Source of the DNA: Candidatus Sysuiplasma jiujiangense
Lineage (GTDB): Archaea; Thermoplasmatota; Thermoplasmata; Sysuiplasmatales; Sysuiplasmataceae
Assembly: GCA_019721075.1 (NCBI GenBank)
Contig: JAHEAD010000001.1
Coordinates: 62,001 to 126,000 of the forward strand
Reading direction: 5' to 3'
DNA length: 64,000 bases
Below the pieces are notes generated by a model. The model was given only the letters and a program-made list of their open reading frames with translations, was not told the DNA's origin and did no database searches. The position numbers were made by a program, and so were the translations under genes. Positions 20,081 to 30,520 of the stretch are shown piece by piece (position 1 is the first letter of the stretch; every line of letters begins with the position of its first letter).

Positions 20081-22573
20081 CTAGTCCACTATTCTGTCCA
20101 CTTCACGTTTTATGAGGCTGACCTCACTGTCTTTTATCGCATGCTGGTTAATCGAAATAATGAGGACCGAACGATTTACCGCTGTCGCATCACGCAGGAA
20201 CTGAAGCAGTTTGAGGACGCTAATGAAGCCGTTGTTTGTAATAAGATATTCCAGTCCGTCAATGAGTATAACACTCTGGGATGAAGCAAGGAGCTCATTG
20301 CACTGAAGCGTGATCTTTTCCAGATCTTTGGGTCTGATGGTATCCTGGCTGCCGATGTTCGAAAGCCATACAACCGCTGCGTCCTTGAGGTCATGTCTCT
20401 GTCTGAGCTTTTCGGGATATTCCCTCGTAAAACAGAGACCCTTCAGTCCCTTCTTTAAACCAATTTCGAACAGCTGTACTGATTTTTCAGCCTTTTCTTC
20501 AAAGAATGCAAATGAATTCCCGTATTCAAGAATGGAAGACAGTTGCGGCACGCCTGCCGTACCTGCAATTTTTTTGTCCGACGGCAGACCGTCTTCTGCA
20601 TCTCGCCCGGCATTCAACGGCAGTGATGGGGAAACGACGGCGGATGCAACGGCCCCGCCTGATTGGGAAGAATTTTCCTCAACCATTTCTGAAACCGGTT
20701 TCTGCCTATTAAGGGAGTGGTCAGGTTTGCCATTTGGTCCCGGCCTGTTTTTATCGCCTCCTTCGCCACTCCTTGATCTGGTCCTTCTGAAGTAGTAAAA
20801 TGAGGCAATTATCTCAATCTGCACAAGTATAATCAGTATTACTGCGAAATAGAACAGGTTGAGCGGTTTGGAGAAAAACAGCGAATTCCCGTTGGCTGAA
20901 GCTGGAGAGAACGTCACACCGACGGTGAGATTACCTGAAACAACAGATATTGTGCCGGATGATATCGACAGACTGTACCCTTTGACGGTTCCGATCGAAT
21001 AATTGTATGAGCCGAGAGTCTCATAGAAAGTTATCGTAGTGCTGTTATTGGATTTTGTGGCTCCATTCAGCGTAACAGACCACTTGGAAGCCGAATGGAG
21101 ACCATTTTCGACGAATGTTATTCTGTAGAAGATAAGATCGAATGTAACGCTTACAGTCGTTGTACTGCCTGTTACACTGAAAATCCCCCTGGACGGAGAA
21201 GAGCTGTAGCCCGGGACTTTCATTACAGAGTAATTGTAAGTGCCATTGGGCAACAGCATGCTACTGGATGTTGAGTTTATGGTGTAGTTCACCGAAAATG
21301 TGGAGTTGGAAACAATCAAACTCCAGGCGGTACCGTTAGCAAGACCGGTCTCTTCAAAAGCCACATTGAAGGTTGCAACTGTAAAATTAACCAGAATAGT
21401 CTGATTGCTCCCATTCACATATATCGAGGAAGGATATGAACCGGTTCTGTAACCCGGAACAGAGGGAATAAAAAGTGAATAGGTTCCATTAATCATTGTG
21501 AATAAAGAATAACTCGTCGATTGACTGGCACGACTGCCATTCAAATAGACAGCCCATTGAGTTCCTTTTTTGAGACCATGCTCCTGAATATCTACGACGT
21601 AGAGTTTTTCAAGAACAATATCCACCGCATAGGAAAAACCCGATTTGACCGCGATATAGTTTGTAAAATTCGAGTAGCCTGCCAGCGTCGCGTTCAGGAT
21701 GTAATCTCCGGGGCCCAGTGTTATGTTGAAAATGCCTGCCGAAGAAACCGTAACAGGATAGCCGTCCACAGTGACGACTGATCGCGCGGGGGAGACGGTT
21801 CCGTTAAGCCAGCCAAAATCAGGATATTCGATGGAGTATGAAGAATCGTTATTGCCTCCAACGTCCAATGTGATTATATATGCTCCGGTGCTCGCAAATG
21901 AAGAAAGATTCAGATAAAGTTCAACGAAAAGATGATCTGTCTGTGTAAAGATGAACGAAGTGTCGTTAAAAGAAATGTTTACATAATGAGTTCCGGCAGA
22001 TGCACTTTCGATGTGAAAAGTGTTGTTTTGCACGCTCATAAGCTTACTGAAAGTCCGACTTGAGATATTCGATGAGTAAATGGACGCACCAAGTAAAATG
22101 CTTCCCGAGAGCGACAGTCCTGAGGAAGAAGGTAATGTGACGGCTGCCCTTATGGTCCACCTGCCCTCCGGAACAGTCGCATTGATAGCGCTGGAAGATA
22201 TCCACCCGTATGCCTGCGAGCTGGTTGGAACCGGAATAGTTGTACTTACAGTAGTTGAATCATTTTTACCCGGGAAAAAAAGCGCAAAGCCTGACTCGCT
22301 GACTGTGTTAAGGTATACGCTTGTCTGGTTGGCAGGAACCGTTGTATTCGGAGAACTTGAGAGATTCCACGCGTGCTGGTATATGCTGGACTTTGCAGGT
22401 GTCAGATACAGTGTACCGACGCTTGATCCGCCATCGGCAATGGAAGCGTGGGGAGATCCGGCATGAAGACCGGATTTCGTGGGAAACATGGAATGTAAAT
22501 TAGGTGCTATGGCACTGCCTGCAATGAGTGCAAAAAGCATTAGCGATACAATGAGGATTCTGAGTTTTATCAT
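20081..22573 (-). CDS. Single-pass membrane protein: extracellular PEGA/thermopsin-type repeats, cytoplasmic DUF835
   Basis: Signal peptide; three ExGL..G..W.V..N repeats; TM; low-complexity linker; FTREYPE, VVWLS, VILIDGLEYLI. Confidence 0.85.
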   Translation of the reverse strand: MIKLRILIVSLMLFALIAGSAIAPNLHSMFPTKSGLHAGSPHASIADGGSSVGTLYLTPAKSSIYQHAWNLSSSPNTTVPANQTSVYLNTVSESGFALFFPGKNDSTTVSTTIPVPTSSQAYGWISSSAINATVPEGRWTIRAAVTLPSSSGLSLSGSILLGASIYSSNISSRTFSKLMSVQNNTFHIESASAGTHYVNISFNDTSFIFTQTDHLFVELYLNLSSFASTGAYIITLDVGGNNDSSYSIEYPDFGWLNGTVSPARSVVTVDGYPVTVSSAGIFNITLGPGDYILNATLAGYSNFTNYIAVKSGFSYAVDIVLEKLYVVDIQEHGLKKGTQWAVYLNGSRASQSTSYSLFTMINGTYSLFIPSVPGYRTGSYPSSIYVNGSNQTILVNFTVATFNVAFEETGLANGTAWSLIVSNSTFSVNYTINSTSSSMLLPNGTYNYSVMKVPGYSSSPSRGIFSVTGSTTTVSVTFDLIFYRITFVENGLHSASKWSVTLNGATKSNNSTTITFYETLGSYNYSIGTVKGYSLSISSGTISVVSGNLTVGVTFSPASANGNSLFFSKPLNLFYFAVILIILVQIEIIASFYYFRRTRSRSGEGGDKNRPGPNGKPDHSLNRQKPVSEMVEENSSQSGGAVASAVVSPSLPLNAGRDAEDGLPSDKKIAGTAGVPQLSSILEYGNSFAFFEEKAEKSVQLFEIGLKKGLKGLCFTREYPEKLRQRHDLKDAAVVWLSNIGSQDTIRPKDLEKITLQCNELLASSQSVILIDGLEYLITNNGFISVLKLLQFLRDATAVNRSVLIISINQHAIKDSEVSLIKREVDRIVD

Positions 22574-22746
22574 TGTTTAAGTTTACCGATTGACGGTGCT
22601 ATTTAAAAGCCTTTGTTCTAACATTTCTTTGAAGCGAATTCAAGTCACGGGGAATGCCCCGCTCAGATGAATCAGCGTTCTGAATACTGAGAATGCAGAA
22701 TGGCATGCTGTGAAAAGTGTTTAATCATGGCAGCCATTGGCCAGAC

Positions 22747-23244
22747 ATGGATTCAGAGATTGAACAGAAACTGGGCGTAAGTATCAGGAGAGAGGCAAAG
22801 CCAGTGCTTTTCCCTTTTATGGATTATTTTCAAGGCTTTGAAAAGGTGGAAGTCGTCAGGAAAGTTTTCGGTGCTGAAACTGAAAGAGTTCTATCCAGCC
22901 TAAAAGTTGAGTTTTTTTCGTCTAAATGGGGATATATGAGTACTAGCGATGTGGATGGCCACCTCATCATAAGTTCGCATCATCTGAAAAACAGTGATTT
23001 TGAGACTGTCTATCTTGATATTGTGCACGAACTCTGCCACGTGAAGCAGTTCCTGGACGGAAGGGTGCTCTTCGACATGCGGTACGATTATGCCGACAGC
23101 CCGATAGAGATTGAAGCGTACAAAATCACAGTGGATGAAGCAAAGAGGATTGGCTTCACGGATGAAATGATCAGGGAATATCTCAGGGTTGAATGGATGT
23201 CGGAGGACGACGTCCAGAAATTGATAAAAAACATCGGGCTCTAA
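22747..23244 (+). CDS. HExxH putative zinc-metallopeptidase-like protein
   Basis: DIVHELCHVKQ with downstream SPIEIEAY third-ligand motif. Confidence 0.65.
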   Translation: MDSEIEQKLGVSIRREAKPVLFPFMDYFQGFEKVEVVRKVFGAETERVLSSLKVEFFSSKWGYMSTSDVDGHLIISSHHLKNSDFETVYLDIVHELCHVKQFLDGRVLFDMRYDYADSPIEIEAYKITVDEAKRIGFTDEMIREYLRVEWMSEDDVQKLIKNIGL

Positions 23245-23260
23245 CAGGAGCTTCCCGCTG

Positions 23261-24019
23261 TTATTTTTTCCTATTGCCGTTAACCGCCGATTCGGCGTAT
23301 TCTGCTGCACTCCTGACGAAAGACTCGAACAGCTTCATGTCCATTTCGCAATGGCCGATCAGTTCTTCCGGATGCCACTGGACTGCAACCTTGAAAACAT
23401 TTCCCGGCAGCTCCATCGCTTCGACTATTCCATCATCGGAGAAGGCAGTGACATTCCAGCCTGGAGGCGGTGTTTTGACGGACTGGTGGTGAAGGGAGTT
23501 GACCATCCTCGATCCTGTGCCGAATATGCTGTAAAGTCTGCTGCCCTCGTTTATTGTTATGTAATGCGAAAATTGGCTTCTGTGCTCTTTCTGCCTGTGA
23601 TTCAACGTCCTGTTGGAGGATGCAGACTTCTGGTAAGCGGGGATGTCCTGTATCAGTTTCCCTCCAAGAAATACAGAAAGCGCCTGGATGCCACGGCATA
23701 TTCCAAGTACAGGTTTTTCGGCGAATTCGGGATTCAGGACAATTTCCCTCTCAGTTCTGTCCCTCTCTGCTTCCACTGAAGACATCTCTGTTCCATCGGG
23801 TTTATCGCCATACAGAGATGGATCTATGTCACCACCTCCGGGAAGCAGTATCCCGTCACAGTAACCTGCGAGTTCTACTCCTGATGCTGAGTTGGTCAAG
23901 GGTACCGGAACACCACCAGCCTTTGCTACCGCTTCAATGTAGGAAACGTTTATCGATTCCCGTGTTCCTTCTTTATCACGCCTGGACATTGTTATGCCAA
24001 TCAGGGGTTTCCTTCTCAT
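23261..24019 (-). CDS. Gamma-glutamyl-gamma-aminobutyrate hydrolase family (peptidase C26, PuuD-like)
   Basis: LPGGGDIDP, GICRGIQ, VNSLHHQ, VQWHPE. Confidence 0.92.
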   Translation of the reverse strand: MRRKPLIGITMSRRDKEGTRESINVSYIEAVAKAGGVPVPLTNSASGVELAGYCDGILLPGGGDIDPSLYGDKPDGTEMSSVEAERDRTEREIVLNPEFAEKPVLGICRGIQALSVFLGGKLIQDIPAYQKSASSNRTLNHRQKEHRSQFSHYITINEGSRLYSIFGTGSRMVNSLHHQSVKTPPPGWNVTAFSDDGIVEAMELPGNVFKVAVQWHPEELIGHCEMDMKLFESFVRSAAEYAESAVNGNRKK

Positions 24020-24127
24020 CCATTACAGGCATTGAGAGGAAAGTGATATAGATATTGTTTACCGGAGAAAGCCTGGGCGCCTTCCGAAAACGAAAGCAAT
24101 AATTGAGCGATTGCGTTAATCAACGGC

Positions 24128-26043
24128 ATGACTGGACTTAAACTGAAGGATTTTTACAGGGTGAAATATCTCAGTGACGTGCACTGAAACGGCAACCGCA
24201 TACTCTTTGTCGTTACAAAACCTGAGGACAAGAAAAACGATTACGAATCCAGCATCTGGTTATTTGACGGAAAGCCAAAGCGTTTCACTGGCGGAACGAA
24301 GGACAGCAGCCCGAGGTGGTCAAAGAACGGGAAAAACATTGCATTTGTTTCCGAGAGGGGGAGGGAGAAGAGATCTGGTATTTATCTTATCAGTCCCGAG
24401 GGGGGAGAGGCGGAGTCTGTCTGCGAATTTGACGGCAAAATTTCCTCTCCTGTATGGTCGGCTGACGGGAAGAGCATATTTTTCCTGGGAACAAAGGAGC
24501 AGAAAGTGAATCGGAAAGATAAGAGCGATATCAGGACAATAAGAAAGTTTCCGTTTTATTTCAACGGAAAGGGGTTTCTTGACAACAAGGAGACGCACCT
24601 CTACCGTACAACTCTGAAAGGAAAGGTCGTCCAGATCACTCACGGACCGTTAACCGTAAACCAGTTTGATGTTTCGCTCGCAGCTTCAAAGATTGTAATG
24701 ACGTTGAGAAAGGATGCCTGGGATGTCTATACGACAGATCTCTACACATGTGATGCTGGCGGAGGGGGATTGAAGAGCATCACGGGCAAGCCTGCCGGAT
24801 ACAGCTTTCCCGCATTTTCGCCGGACGGAAAGCAGATTGCATTTCTATACAGGGATTTGAAAAATGGGCTGTTCCGGCATAGCCTGACAAGCATCATATC
24901 GGCTACCGGGAAAGATATGAGACACATATCGGATCTTGACAGGAATCCTGGCAATTCAGTCAATTCAGACAGCAGAACAGCCGCAGACACGCTTCTGAAA
25001 TGGAGTGATGATGCCAGACTCCTGTATTATACGGCCACAGACGGCGGAATGTGCAATATCTACGTAACAGATATTGCATCGGGAAAACAAAGAAGGTCGA
25101 CGATTTTGAGGGCAGCATAGAATCGTTTGATTTCCTTGGAGACGGGTTCGCGATAATAGCACAGGATTCATCACTTCCGACGGAACTATATGCATTCGAA
25201 TCAGGAAAAACAGATAGGTTGACGAATTTGAACAGGGAGATTGAGGCGAGGAGACTCAGGAAGGCCGAGCATTTCAATTTCTCTTCGTTTGACGGTGCAA
25301 CAATTGACGGCTGGTATCTGTCTTACGGCAGAAAGAAGAAACCCGGAATACTGGAAATACATGGGGGACCCAAGACGGCATACGGCAATGCGTTCATGTT
25401 TGAATTTCAACTTTTGTCATCGAGTGGATACGCTGTGGTTTACTTCAACCCGCGGGGAAGCGACGGCTATGAAAATTCATTTTCCCAGGCTGTCAGAGAG
25501 CATTTCGGAGAAGGCGACTACCAGGATCTGATGAAGGGGGTGGAAGCCGCACTGCTTAGATGCAGGAGCATTGACGCTACAAGACTCGGTGTCACAGGCG
25601 GCTCTTACGGCGGGTTCATGACAAACTGGATAATAGGCCACACATCCCTGTTCAAGGCAGCCGTAACGCAAAGATCTATAAGCAATCAGATCTCCTTCTT
25701 CGGAACATCGGATATCGGACCGTGGTTTAACGGGGACCAGATAGGTGGAAGCCCATGGGAAAACATCGCGGCATACTGGGATAAATCCCCGCTCAAATTT
25801 GCGGAGAAAGTTAAAACACCATTGCTCATAATACACTCGGAGGAAGATTACAGGTGCCCTGTAGAGCAGGCTTATCAGTTCTATTCTGCACTGAAATTCT
25901 TCGGTAAGGAGGTGGAGATGAAGCTGTTTCCGGGAGAGAATCATGAGCTGTCCAGGAGCGGCAAACCGCATCACAGAATTGAAAGGTTGCAATCAATCTG
26001 CGGTTGGTTTGACAGTCATCTGAAGCAAACGAAGGTGGAGTGA
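24128..26043 (+). pseudogene. S9 family acylaminoacyl peptidase interrupted by an in-frame TGA (24185-24187) and a -1 frameshift (~25081-25087)
   Basis: ATG 24128 reads MTGLKLKDFYRVKYLSDVH*NGNRILFVV...SSPRWSKNG into ORF 24506-25120; the catalytic domain (HGGP, GGSYGG, EDYRC, NHELSRSG) continues in the -1 frame. Confidence 0.85.
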
Positions 26044-26055
26044 AATGAAACAATG

Positions 26056-26820
26056 TCAGTTCTCTCTCCATCTGGCTTTTGTCCTCGCTATCAGGAAGAG
26101 AGCGAGTGTTACACCAAGCAGCACGAGCCAGTCAATCACAACGGCCTGTGTGGAGAGCTGAATATAACCTCCGGCATTCTGAGCAAGTTCAGCGGCATAA
26201 GTTGTAGGGGACAGATATGCGAAATACCTGTATGGTAACGGTATATATGTGATCGGATAATAGACTGGAGGGATGGTCGAAAACAGGGTCGATATCAGCC
26301 TTGAAAATGCAAAACTCTGGACTATGTCGCTTGAAAATGTGGCAAACGTATAGCCGATGGCTATAGATGTCACGAACATCATGAGTAACACACCCATCAA
26401 CGTCAGCAGGCTTACAAACGTGCCATGAATGAAATACACCGCCATGATGCCGAGAACAGCAAGAGCCGGAAGGGAATAAACTATCTCCGAGACAGCCATG
26501 CCTGAGACATAAATCTGCCACGATGCGGGCGAACTGACAACCATATCCTGCAGCTTGAAATCGTTCTTGAGATGAGACATGTCGGAGAGAAGGGAAGTTC
26601 CTGCCCCGAACATGGACATTATCAGTCCTCCCTCTATGGCCTCGCCAATCAGTTTTCCGTGACTCACGAAAACAATCAGAATCAGAAATGATAGTGGTGA
26701 GAGCATCGTGTTGATAAGTACCACAGGATAGTTCTTCATTTCATAGATGGCGTTGACATATACTGACGCAAGAAACTGATTGAACCTGTTACGGTTAATC
26801 TGGCCAGCGTTTCTCCCCAT
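26056..26820 (-). CDS. ABC-2 type exporter permease
   Basis: About six TM helices, PPVYYPITYIP...LSPTTY motif; ATG 26820 immediately after the ATPase stop. Confidence 0.88.
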   Translation of the reverse strand: MGRNAGQINRNRFNQFLASVYVNAIYEMKNYPVVLINTMLSPLSFLILIVFVSHGKLIGEAIEGGLIMSMFGAGTSLLSDMSHLKNDFKLQDMVVSSPASWQIYVSGMAVSEIVYSLPALAVLGIMAVYFIHGTFVSLLTLMGVLLMMFVTSIAIGYTFATFSSDIVQSFAFSRLISTLFSTIPPVYYPITYIPLPYRYFAYLSPTTYAAELAQNAGGYIQLSTQAVVIDWLVLLGVTLALFLIARTKARWREN

Positions 26821-26821
26821 T

Positions 26822-27736
26822 TTACTTTCCCCCGTCAGCGATTGTTCCGGTTTTGGCGACAAGGTAAAAGAATATGTCTTCAAGTGAGACTGGATTTATA
26901 GTAAAACGTACGCCAATTTTGGCAAGATCCCGGGAAATGCTGTATGCTTCTTCCTCAACAGTCAGTATGTGCAGAACGTCTGTTCCGTCAAACAGTTCTC
27001 CTTCCGCAATTTCAGGCAGGCGGAATGGCCGATCCTTTTGCACTTTGAGACTGAAATTGAAATCAATGCTTTTCCTCAAACTCTGAAGTGTCCCAATTCT
27101 TATCAGCTTCCCGCTGTCCAGTATACATATCTCATCAGCCAGTGCTTCGGCTTCTTCCAGATAGTGAGTTGTGAGGAAGACAAATCGGTCCTTTGAGGTT
27201 CTGCGCAGAATTTCCCAGAATTCCTTTCTTGATATTGGATCAAGCCCAGTTGTAGGCTCGTCCAGAAAAATAATGTCTGCTTCAGACGCAAGAACGGTTG
27301 CAACAAGTACCTTCCTCTTCATGCCGCCTGAAAGTGTACGGTTCAGACTGTTTGCGAATTTATTCATGCCGAGCTCTTCAAGAGAGCGCGCTGCTCTTTC
27401 TTTCGCCTCCGATCTGCTGAATCCCCTCCACAGAAGATATGAAAAAGCGGTTTGCATCGGCGTCATCCAGTTAACTGTCCTTGCCTCCTGCGGAACGATT
27501 GCAATCCTTTTCCTGATATCAGCGGGATTGCCGATAACATCCACACCGTCAATAGACACTGATCCGGCAGTCGGCTCGAGCTCGGTGGAAAATATTCTGA
27601 CCATAGTCGTCTTCCCTGAGCCGTTCCTGCCTATGAGAACGAAGATGCCTCTGCCTGAAGTGGTGAAGGTGACGGAATCGAGCGCTTTTCTGCCGCTCTT
27701 TCCGTAAATCTTTGTCAAACCATCGCATGAAATCAA
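26822..27736 (-). CDS. ABC exporter ATP-binding protein
   Basis: GRNGSGKT, LSGGMKR, IIFLDEPTTGLD, TTHYLEEAE. Confidence 0.95.
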   Translation of the reverse strand: MISCDGLTKIYGKSGRKALDSVTFTTSGRGIFVLIGRNGSGKTTMVRIFSTELEPTAGSVSIDGVDVIGNPADIRKRIAIVPQEARTVNWMTPMQTAFSYLLWRGFSRSEAKERAARSLEELGMNKFANSLNRTLSGGMKRKVLVATVLASEADIIFLDEPTTGLDPISRKEFWEILRRTSKDRFVFLTTHYLEEAEALADEICILDSGKLIRIGTLQSLRKSIDFNFSLKVQKDRPFRLPEIAEGELFDGTDVLHILTVEEEAYSISRDLAKIGVRFTINPVSLEDIFFYLVAKTGTIADGGK

Positions 27737-27829
27737 CAGGCTGTCCTCCGGTTGGATATGTTTTATGTATCCGCTAATCCCGGGCTGATTAATAACCTGA
27801 TTGCAATGGACCGGGACGATCCGGCGGTA

Positions 27830-30520
27830 TCATGCACCGTCGGCCGGTACGTGTATTACATTAGATTCCAGGGATGAATAGGGAGTGTCATTGCAGGTCG
27901 CAATGATGATCTGGCAACTCCTTGCAGCATCTGACAGTATGTCACAGAATCTTTTCATCCTGACAGTATCGGCATTGACCAGCCTGTCGTCAATAACAAT
28001 TAGATTTCGCTCCTCCGTGCTTGCAATAACGCCTATTGCAAGGCGAAGCAGAACAATGATCTGTTCACGCATGCCGTGACTTAGACTTTCAACGGGCATC
28101 GAGCTTTCATATACAGGAACTGAGACAGAAGACGGCTTCAGCTCCAAGTCGAGATTCAATGCGCCATAGTTGCCATCGGTAAGAAATTTCAGCCACGGAT
28201 CCAGCTTCCGGCTTACGGGTGCAGAAAGAGCTTCTGTTTTGCTCCTTTCATATTGCTCTGCAAGTTCTTTGAGCAGTCTGACGCCCTCTGAACGCAACTG
28301 AAGCATCCTGACCCGTTTTTTAGCCGCATTCAGCTTTATTTCGAGGTCGGCCATAGCTGTATACCCTTTCCTGCTGACATCTCCCTCTATCAGTGCATTC
28401 AGCCTGCTTGTTTCTATATCGATGCCATGCATCTGCTCCTTCAGCCTGCCGATGAGTGCTTCCGTCCTGCTGTATTTCTCTTTAGGAGCAGTTACCTTCT
28501 CACCGTAGTTTTTGCGAAGCGTTTCAAGTCTTTCGCTTTTGGCTTTCCTGTCATTTTCGGCGGCGGCAATTAAATTATCGAGGTTGTCGAACGTGCCATA
28601 ATTTCTCAAAACCCTTTCAATTTCATTTTCATCCTTCTGTTTTCTGGCCCTTCTGTCAGAGAGCTTGGAGGCAATTGAGATGACTCCGTTCTGCAGATCT
28701 TCATACCTTTTCCTCTCGTCTGATGCAGTTTTCTGCGTCTGTGATATATCACCAATAAGTTTCTCCTTCTTCTCTTCCCTCTCCAGTATCATTTCACGGA
28801 TCACGCTTCCTTTATTGTCTTCCGGGCTCAGTTCGAAGAATGTGGAGAAACGTTTCTCCTCAGCTATGCCTTTGAGAACGCGTTCGAGTTCTGTCTCAGC
28901 ATCCGGATTGGCTCTCTCAACATCGTCAAGGCGCTGTTTCAGGTTGACAATTGCACCCTCAATTTCCCTGCGCCGTTCGTAGAGATTCATAAGTTCATCT
29001 GATGTATTCACTCCAAATCTGGAATACAGCCCATCGATTTTCTTTTTAAGATCATCATGCCTGGAGAGAAGTTCCTTAAGCTCCTCAGCACCGCTGCGAA
29101 CTGTAATTGTCCCCACTCCGCGAATATTGAACTCTGTTGCCTCTCTTACAACGAATTCATCTGCATTAACAGCAGTGGCAGGCGGTGTTGCAGTTACATC
29201 CCTTCTCTCTCCGAGCCATTTAAAGTAAACACGTACTGCACTTGCTTCGATCTTAGCATTCAGATTTGCAAAATCTTCATTGAGTCTTTCAAACTTCCTG
29301 ATCTCCCTGATATCAGGTGCTGAAAGCCCGGAAAGATCCTGCTGCTTCAGTTCAATTTCATTTTTCAGCGCTTTGATTCTTCTGAGATGATCTTCAAGTA
29401 TATTCCTGTTTTTTTCCAGATTCCTCAAGTTTCTGGCAGACTGGAGTCCCTTCAGTTCTCTTTCTATCAGCTGCAGAGAAGGCTCCAGTCTGTTTTTAAT
29501 ATCAGCATTGTACCTTTCGGTGTTTTCCAAAACTGTCCTGAGTTCTCTCTTTTCATCCGAGAGATTCTGTTCCAGAATTGCTATTTCTTCCGCAAGAGAT
29601 TGAATCTCCTTCCGGTTCTCCAGTATAAGGCTCCTGTCCTTTTGCAGATCCCTCAGGTTCTTTTCAAGTTCCGCAGCATTTGACTCCAATGCTGCCAGTT
29701 CATTTTCATATATTTCTGCATCATCGAGTTTCTTCGACAGGGTTTTCAGTTCAGCCTGCTGAGCCTCCAGTTCCACGGATTTTAACCTTTTATGCTCCAG
29801 CAAACTTTCAAGGTCCTGGCGAAAGCCGTTAAGCCTCAACTCAGCTTCCCGGAACTCCGAGAGCTCCTTCTCCATCACATCAATCTCTGCCTCAAGAGAT
29901 GCGATTTCGCCTTTAGCCGGTTTTCTGCCTTCAGGGGTCCAGTATTTTCTGTATTCGGTTTCAAGTCTCCTGAGAAACGTCTCTTCGGCATCAGATTTGA
30001 CAGCAAGATTAACCAGCCCCTGTATACCATGCTTTACTCCTTCATTCCATTCACTCTGTGGAACTGCCCCGTCTGACTGAAGATACCAGAGGGCCTGTGC
30101 AAGACCGCGATTTTCAGGTTTTGCGGTGCCTTTCAGAGACGTTTCACCTCCAAGTATCTTCCTTAGTTTCATATCAGAAGTGTCGCCATCATCGTTCATG
30201 ACCCACGTTCCATTGATTTCGGTATAGAACTCACTGATGGGATCCTGCAAAAAGCGTTTGTGGATCCTGTATCGTTTCTGACCTGATGTGAAAATCATCC
30301 ATGCTTCAGGGCCAAGGGAACTGCCCAGCGGCTGTGCAAGTCTTATTTCCTCACTCTTTGTATTGTGCCTGTCAAACATCAATCTGGTCATAATTTCGAA
30401 AAGTGTGGATTTGCCGGCCTCATTTCTTCCTACTATCAGATTAATTCTCGGGTCGAATCGGAATGTATGCAACTTCCTGTATGAACGCCAGTTGCAAACA
30501 GCGATCTCCTCAATTATCAG
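27830..30520 (-). CDS. Rad50/SbcC-like (YhaN-type) SMC-family ATPase; probable CTG start
   Basis: GRNEAGKST Walker A, long coiled coil, LSHGMREQ signature, IVIDDRLVNAD Walker B; the conserved N-terminus (L)IIEEIAVCNWRSY lies upstream of the track start, with GGAGG 7 nt before CTG 30520. Confidence 0.88.
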   Translation of the reverse strand: MIIEEIAVCNWRSYRKLHTFRFDPRINLIVGRNEAGKSTLFEIMTRLMFDRHNTKSEEIRLAQPLGSSLGPEAWMIFTSGQKRYRIHKRFLQDPISEFYTEINGTWVMNDDGDTSDMKLRKILGGETSLKGTAKPENRGLAQALWYLQSDGAVPQSEWNEGVKHGIQGLVNLAVKSDAEETFLRRLETEYRKYWTPEGRKPAKGEIASLEAEIDVMEKELSEFREAELRLNGFRQDLESLLEHKRLKSVELEAQQAELKTLSKKLDDAEIYENELAALESNAAELEKNLRDLQKDRSLILENRKEIQSLAEEIAILEQNLSDEKRELRTVLENTERYNADIKNRLEPSLQLIERELKGLQSARNLRNLEKNRNILEDHLRRIKALKNEIELKQQDLSGLSAPDIREIRKFERLNEDFANLNAKIEASAVRVYFKWLGERRDVTATPPATAVNADEFVVREATEFNIRGVGTITVRSGAEELKELLSRHDDLKKKIDGLYSRFGVNTSDELMNLYERRREIEGAIVNLKQRLDDVERANPDAETELERVLKGIAEEKRFSTFFELSPEDNKGSVIREMILEREEKKEKLIGDISQTQKTASDERKRYEDLQNGVISIASKLSDRRARKQKDENEIERVLRNYGTFDNLDNLIAAAENDRKAKSERLETLRKNYGEKVTAPKEKYSRTEALIGRLKEQMHGIDIETSRLNALIEGDVSRKGYTAMADLEIKLNAAKKRVRMLQLRSEGVRLLKELAEQYERSKTEALSAPVSRKLDPWLKFLTDGNYGALNLDLELKPSSVSVPVYESSMPVESLSHGMREQIIVLLRLAIGVIASTEERNLIVIDDRLVNADTVRMKRFCDILSDAARSCQIIIATCNDTPYSSLESNVIHVPADGA

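Noticed and set aside
24185..24187. Selenocysteine codon
   Set aside because: Non-catalytic position in a family with no known Sec, and no SECIS-like hairpin seen
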